This document shows, piece by piece, positions 61,152-64,000 of a stretch of DNA of 64,000 nt (within the stretch, counting starts at the first letter, position 1; each line of letters starts with the position of its first letter). Source of the stretch: Escherichia coli O157:H7 (GTDB taxonomy: Bacteria > Pseudomonadota > Gammaproteobacteria > Enterobacterales > Enterobacteriaceae). Under the pieces are notes generated by a model, which saw only the letters and a list, made by a program, of their open reading frames with translations, ran no database searches and was not told where the DNA came from. A program made the position numbers and the translations under genes. The stretch lies in NCBI GenBank assembly GCA_013403045.1, contig GCA_013403045.1_3037.1. The stretch is one strand, 5' to 3'.

Positions 61152-61354
61152 TGATTAGTATCGAACAAGCGGATAAGATTAAAGAATTGGTAGCTTTAAT
61201 TCGTAAAGCAGACGAGGAACTTAGTGACTTTGCTTGGTTTTCGTCAGGCATTGCAAATAAAGGCATTGATGAACTTGAAGCTAAAGTTGATAATGCTTTA
61301 GAAGCGTTAGATATGTTTCTTGATGAAATTATCGATCATAATACGAGAGTTTAA
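61151..61354 (+). CDS. small hypothetical protein
   Basis: TAATG-coupled ORF. Confidence 0.45.
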   Translation: MISIEQADKIKELVALIRKADEELSDFAWFSSGIANKGIDELEAKVDNALEALDMFLDEIIDHNTRV

Positions 61355-61356
61355 TT

Positions 61357-61551
61357 ATGCTAACACGCGAACAGTTTGAAAAAATCATTAAATTAGCACG
61401 TGATATTGAAATAGATTCATATCAATTGGCAGTTGAGCATTGTGAAGGATATTCATACGACGGTATAGAAGCAGCTAAAAAGGATTTGGACAAATCTAAA
61501 GCTAAGTTAGTTCAATATCTTGAAATGATTAGGTGGAATAATGAAAACTGA
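61357..61551 (+). CDS. small hypothetical protein
   Basis: 64-aa ORF. Confidence 0.45.
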   Translation: MLTREQFEKIIKLARDIEIDSYQLAVEHCEGYSYDGIEAAKKDLDKSKAKLVQYLEMIRWNNEN

Positions 61552-61711
61552 AAAGCAGATGTTTTTAATGAAACTAATTGAAGAATATGCTAATGCAGTT
61601 TCTGACTATGAGTGTTCTTCTCGGGAAAGAGGTACAGCTTTCGCAAAGGAAGAAATGAAAATCATGGTTGATGCTCACACAAAGCTTCAGAATTTTATTG
61701 AAAACGTCATT
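61541..61711 (+). CDS. small hypothetical protein (56 aa)
   Basis: ATG overlapping the end of the upstream ORF; read from sequence. Confidence 0.3.
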
Positions 61712-61716
61712 TAATG

Positions 61717-61746
61717 GTTTACAAGTTGGCAAGGTTATGGTATAGT
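61717..61746 (+). promoter_or_regulatory. early promoter (GTTTACA, 17-nt spacer, TATAGT)
   Basis: Motif read from sequence; followed by an AAGGAG ribosome-binding site and a 34-codon hydrophobic mini-ORF (about 61775-61879). Confidence 0.5.
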
Positions 61747-61881
61747 AATCTTGTCAACTGCCAAGGAGAAGAGAATGAAAGTTTTGTTTGTTGTGTATGT
61801 GATGATTCAATATAATTACCCAATGTTTACTTATAATCTGGTGAACAACATTATTGATATTATTCAAAGGAGTATGTAATT

Positions 61882-62439
61882 GTGAGTGAGTCGAAGAGAA
61901 TCAATATGAAACGATTAGTATTAGAAGTTAGTCCGCTTTTTGGTGAATTGACTATAGAAAAAGTAAATAACATGTATCGTTTGACGCAAGAAGACGATAT
62001 GCTATATTTTACGCCTAGTGAAATCATTCATTTAACCCAAATTGAATATCCTTATACTGATAAAATAGTAAGCATCAATGATGAGCACAAAATTCATTTT
62101 TATTCTTCATGCCCAGGATTTAATATTAAAAGTGAGTCAATGTGTTTATCAGTTATCCATTGGGATAGTTTTATAGCTAAGATTAAATATTTTTATTATT
62201 CTAATGAAAGAAAACATAGTTTAAAATGGCTCAAAAATTGCAATGCTATTATTACTAACGCTTGCAATCAGAATGATGAAACTCTTTTAAATGTATCAAA
62301 ATGTTATGAAGAGGGAGATGTCTTAACTATTCGCCAAATTGACGATTTTCGATCACATATCATTACATTTACCAAAGACGAAGCTATTGCGCTAAAGACT
62401 TATCTTGATTCTGTTATTCCAACTATGATTTCAAAGTGA
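61882..62439 (+). CDS. hypothetical protein, paralog of 62446-62967
   Basis: ORF; C-terminal motif shared with the next gene. Confidence 0.5.
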   Translation: MSESKRINMKRLVLEVSPLFGELTIEKVNNMYRLTQEDDMLYFTPSEIIHLTQIEYPYTDKIVSINDEHKIHFYSSCPGFNIKSESMCLSVIHWDSFIAKIKYFYYSNERKHSLKWLKNCNAIITNACNQNDETLLNVSKCYEEGDVLTIRQIDDFRSHIITFTKDEAIALKTYLDSVIPTMISK

Positions 62440-62445
62440 GGAAAT

Positions 62446-62967
62446 ATGTTTATTTCAAGTGGAAGTGGTTTAATTCGTGTTGAATTTAAAAATGACATCT
62501 TTCTTATTCAAGGAGATGATATTATTAAAATGAGTTATGACGAAATCAAGAAAATTTGTCATGCTCTTGAAAGTCATGGAAAAGTGAACGCTGTTATTGA
62601 TATTGGCGATTTATGGGTGACACTTTATGAAGTATCCGAAGGATTTAACATTGAAGATGAAAATAACATTTTAGCTATTGATAAAAGAAGTGATTTGTTT
62701 GATGTATTAAAAGTTTATGAACAGTCAAATGGCGGAAGAAAAGCTGCATTGATTTATCAAAAACCGCATTCATGTGGAACTGCTTCAATCATTTCAAATA
62801 TTGAAGATGAAGTTGATACTTATATGTGTGTTTTAAAAGCTGGTGGTGACCGTCATCCGGATTTTATTTCTATTCGTCAAAACAATGGAGAAATTTCATT
62901 ATCAAAATCAGAAGCTGAAGCTATGATTAAGTATTTAACAACTGTTACGCCTTCAATGAAAGGATAA
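62446..62967 (+). CDS. hypothetical protein, paralog of 61882-62439
   Basis: ORF; C-terminus ISLSKSEAEAMIKYLTTVTPSMKG resembles ITFTKDEAIALKTYLDSVIPTMISK of the upstream gene. Confidence 0.5.
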   Translation: MFISSGSGLIRVEFKNDIFLIQGDDIIKMSYDEIKKICHALESHGKVNAVIDIGDLWVTLYEVSEGFNIEDENNILAIDKRSDLFDVLKVYEQSNGGRKAALIYQKPHSCGTASIISNIEDEVDTYMCVLKAGGDRHPDFISIRQNNGEISLSKSEAEAMIKYLTTVTPSMKG

Positions 62968-62969
62968 TT

Positions 62970-63431
62970 ATGATTATTAATGAAAACTCTTGGCACTATA
63001 AATTATTCAAATTGTTTAACGATGAATGGCAACGACCTAAGACACTATGCGCATATTTTTGGTCTATTGCCATTCCTACATTTTTCGTTTCTATTTTTGG
63101 ATGTGCTATACTCGTAGGGCTAACAATTATTTGTGCAGAAAGCCTACAACGTTGGCTTATTTTCGGTAGTTTATGGACTCTTCTTCCATCGGCATTTATA
63201 CTTGCACTTTTGGTTGTTTTACTTATTATCGGTTCATTTGTTATTCCTGCACATTTGCGTGAAAAATATAAAGATTATAAATGGAAAAAGGATTATGCTT
63301 TACACGTAGAAAATATTGATAGGGCGTATAAAGGTTTACCTCCTATTCAACCCAAGAAATCGGTTATCGTTGAATTTTTAAAAGCTCGTAAAGCTAAAGT
63401 ATGTCCTGTTATTGAATATAAGGCTGAATGA
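62970..63431 (+). CDS. membrane protein with two predicted transmembrane helices
   Basis: Two long hydrophobic segments. Confidence 0.5.
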   Translation: MIINENSWHYKLFKLFNDEWQRPKTLCAYFWSIAIPTFFVSIFGCAILVGLTIICAESLQRWLIFGSLWTLLPSAFILALLVVLLIIGSFVIPAHLREKYKDYKWKKDYALHVENIDRAYKGLPPIQPKKSVIVEFLKARKAKVCPVIEYKAE

Positions 63432-64000
63432 TGAAAACAGTAATGAAAAGCTATTTTGGTAGTCATCTTTATGGAACTTCTACTCCAGAATCTGATGTAG
63501 ATTTTAAAGAAATCTTTGTTCCTCCTGCTCGCGATATTCTTATTGGAAATGTTAAAGAGCACATGAGTAAAAATACTAACAACACATCATCTAAAAACAC
63601 TAAAGATGATATTGACCATGAACTATACAGTCTTAAATATTTCTTTAAATTAGCAGCAGATGGTGAAACTGTAGCATTGGATATGCTTCACACTCCACCT
63701 GAACTAGTGGTTAAATCTGATTTGCCTGATGTGTGGAAGTTTATTCAAGACAACCGTTCTCGTTTTTATACGACTAACATGAAATCCTATTTAGGATATG
63801 TCCGCAAGCAAGCTTCTAAATACGGTGTCAAGGGTTCTCGTTTGGCTGCATTACGTGATGTATTGAAAGTAGTTAATCAAATCCCTGAGCAGTGGATTGA
63901 TTACCAAGAAGATGGTTCTATTAAGCAGCGTCGCACTAAAGTTGAAGATATTAAGCATCGTCTTCCAGAAAACGAATTCTGTGAATGGGTGTTCCATAAT
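63428..64000 (+). CDS. nucleotidyltransferase-fold protein (partial; 3' end beyond window)
   Basis: Open frame from the ATGATG at about 63428 to the window end (191 codons, no stop). FGSHLYGTSTPESDVDF fits the GS ... DxD motif of Pol-beta-type nucleotidyltransferases. Confidence 0.5.
   Translation, partial: MMKTVMKSYFGSHLYGTSTPESDVDFKEIFVPPARDILIGNVKEHMSKNTNNTSSKNTKDDIDHELYSLKYFFKLAADGETVALDMLHTPPELVVKSDLPDVWKFIQDNRSRFYTTNMKSYLGYVRKQASKYGVKGSRLAALRDVLKVVNQIPEQWIDYQEDGSIKQRRTKVEDIKHRLPENEFCEWVFHN

Overview
This window is a contiguous segment of a T4-like (Tevenvirinae) phage genome, in reverse orientation relative to the usual T4 map. The gene order matches T4 as I recall it: alt, then 54-48-29-28-27-51 / 26-25 / uvsY / uvsW / segE / inh-hoc / rnlB / 24-23-22-21-68-67-20-19-18-17-16-15-14-13-wac-12-11-10-9-8-7-6-5.4-5.1-5-53 / 4-2-3-1-57A-57B, followed by a plastic early region with internal proteins, nudE, e (T4 lysozyme), regB, tk and rI. 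Protein assignments rest on reading the supplied translations and on recalled T4 protein lengths and sequences; no database search was run. The late structural block (about 3.1-47.5 kb) is on the minus strand; early and middle genes are on the plus strand. I found no tRNA, rRNA or CRISPR. Coordinates of promoters and hairpins were indexed by hand and may be off by 1-2 nt. Most worth a second look: (1) hoc is interrupted by a single in-frame TGA at a conserved Trp codon and carries an extra Ig-like repeat; (2) a second Alt-like ADP-ribosyltransferase gene lies directly upstream of alt; (3) near-identical ~56-bp early-promoter direct repeats bracket an internal-protein cassette; (4) a GrcA/YfiD-like glycyl-radical gene has a host-like, GC-rich 3' half; (5) several uncharacterised accessory ORFs in the e-regB-tk-rI region, including a macro-domain protein, a small P-loop NTPase, a nucleotidyltransferase-fold ORF and a paralogous gene pair.
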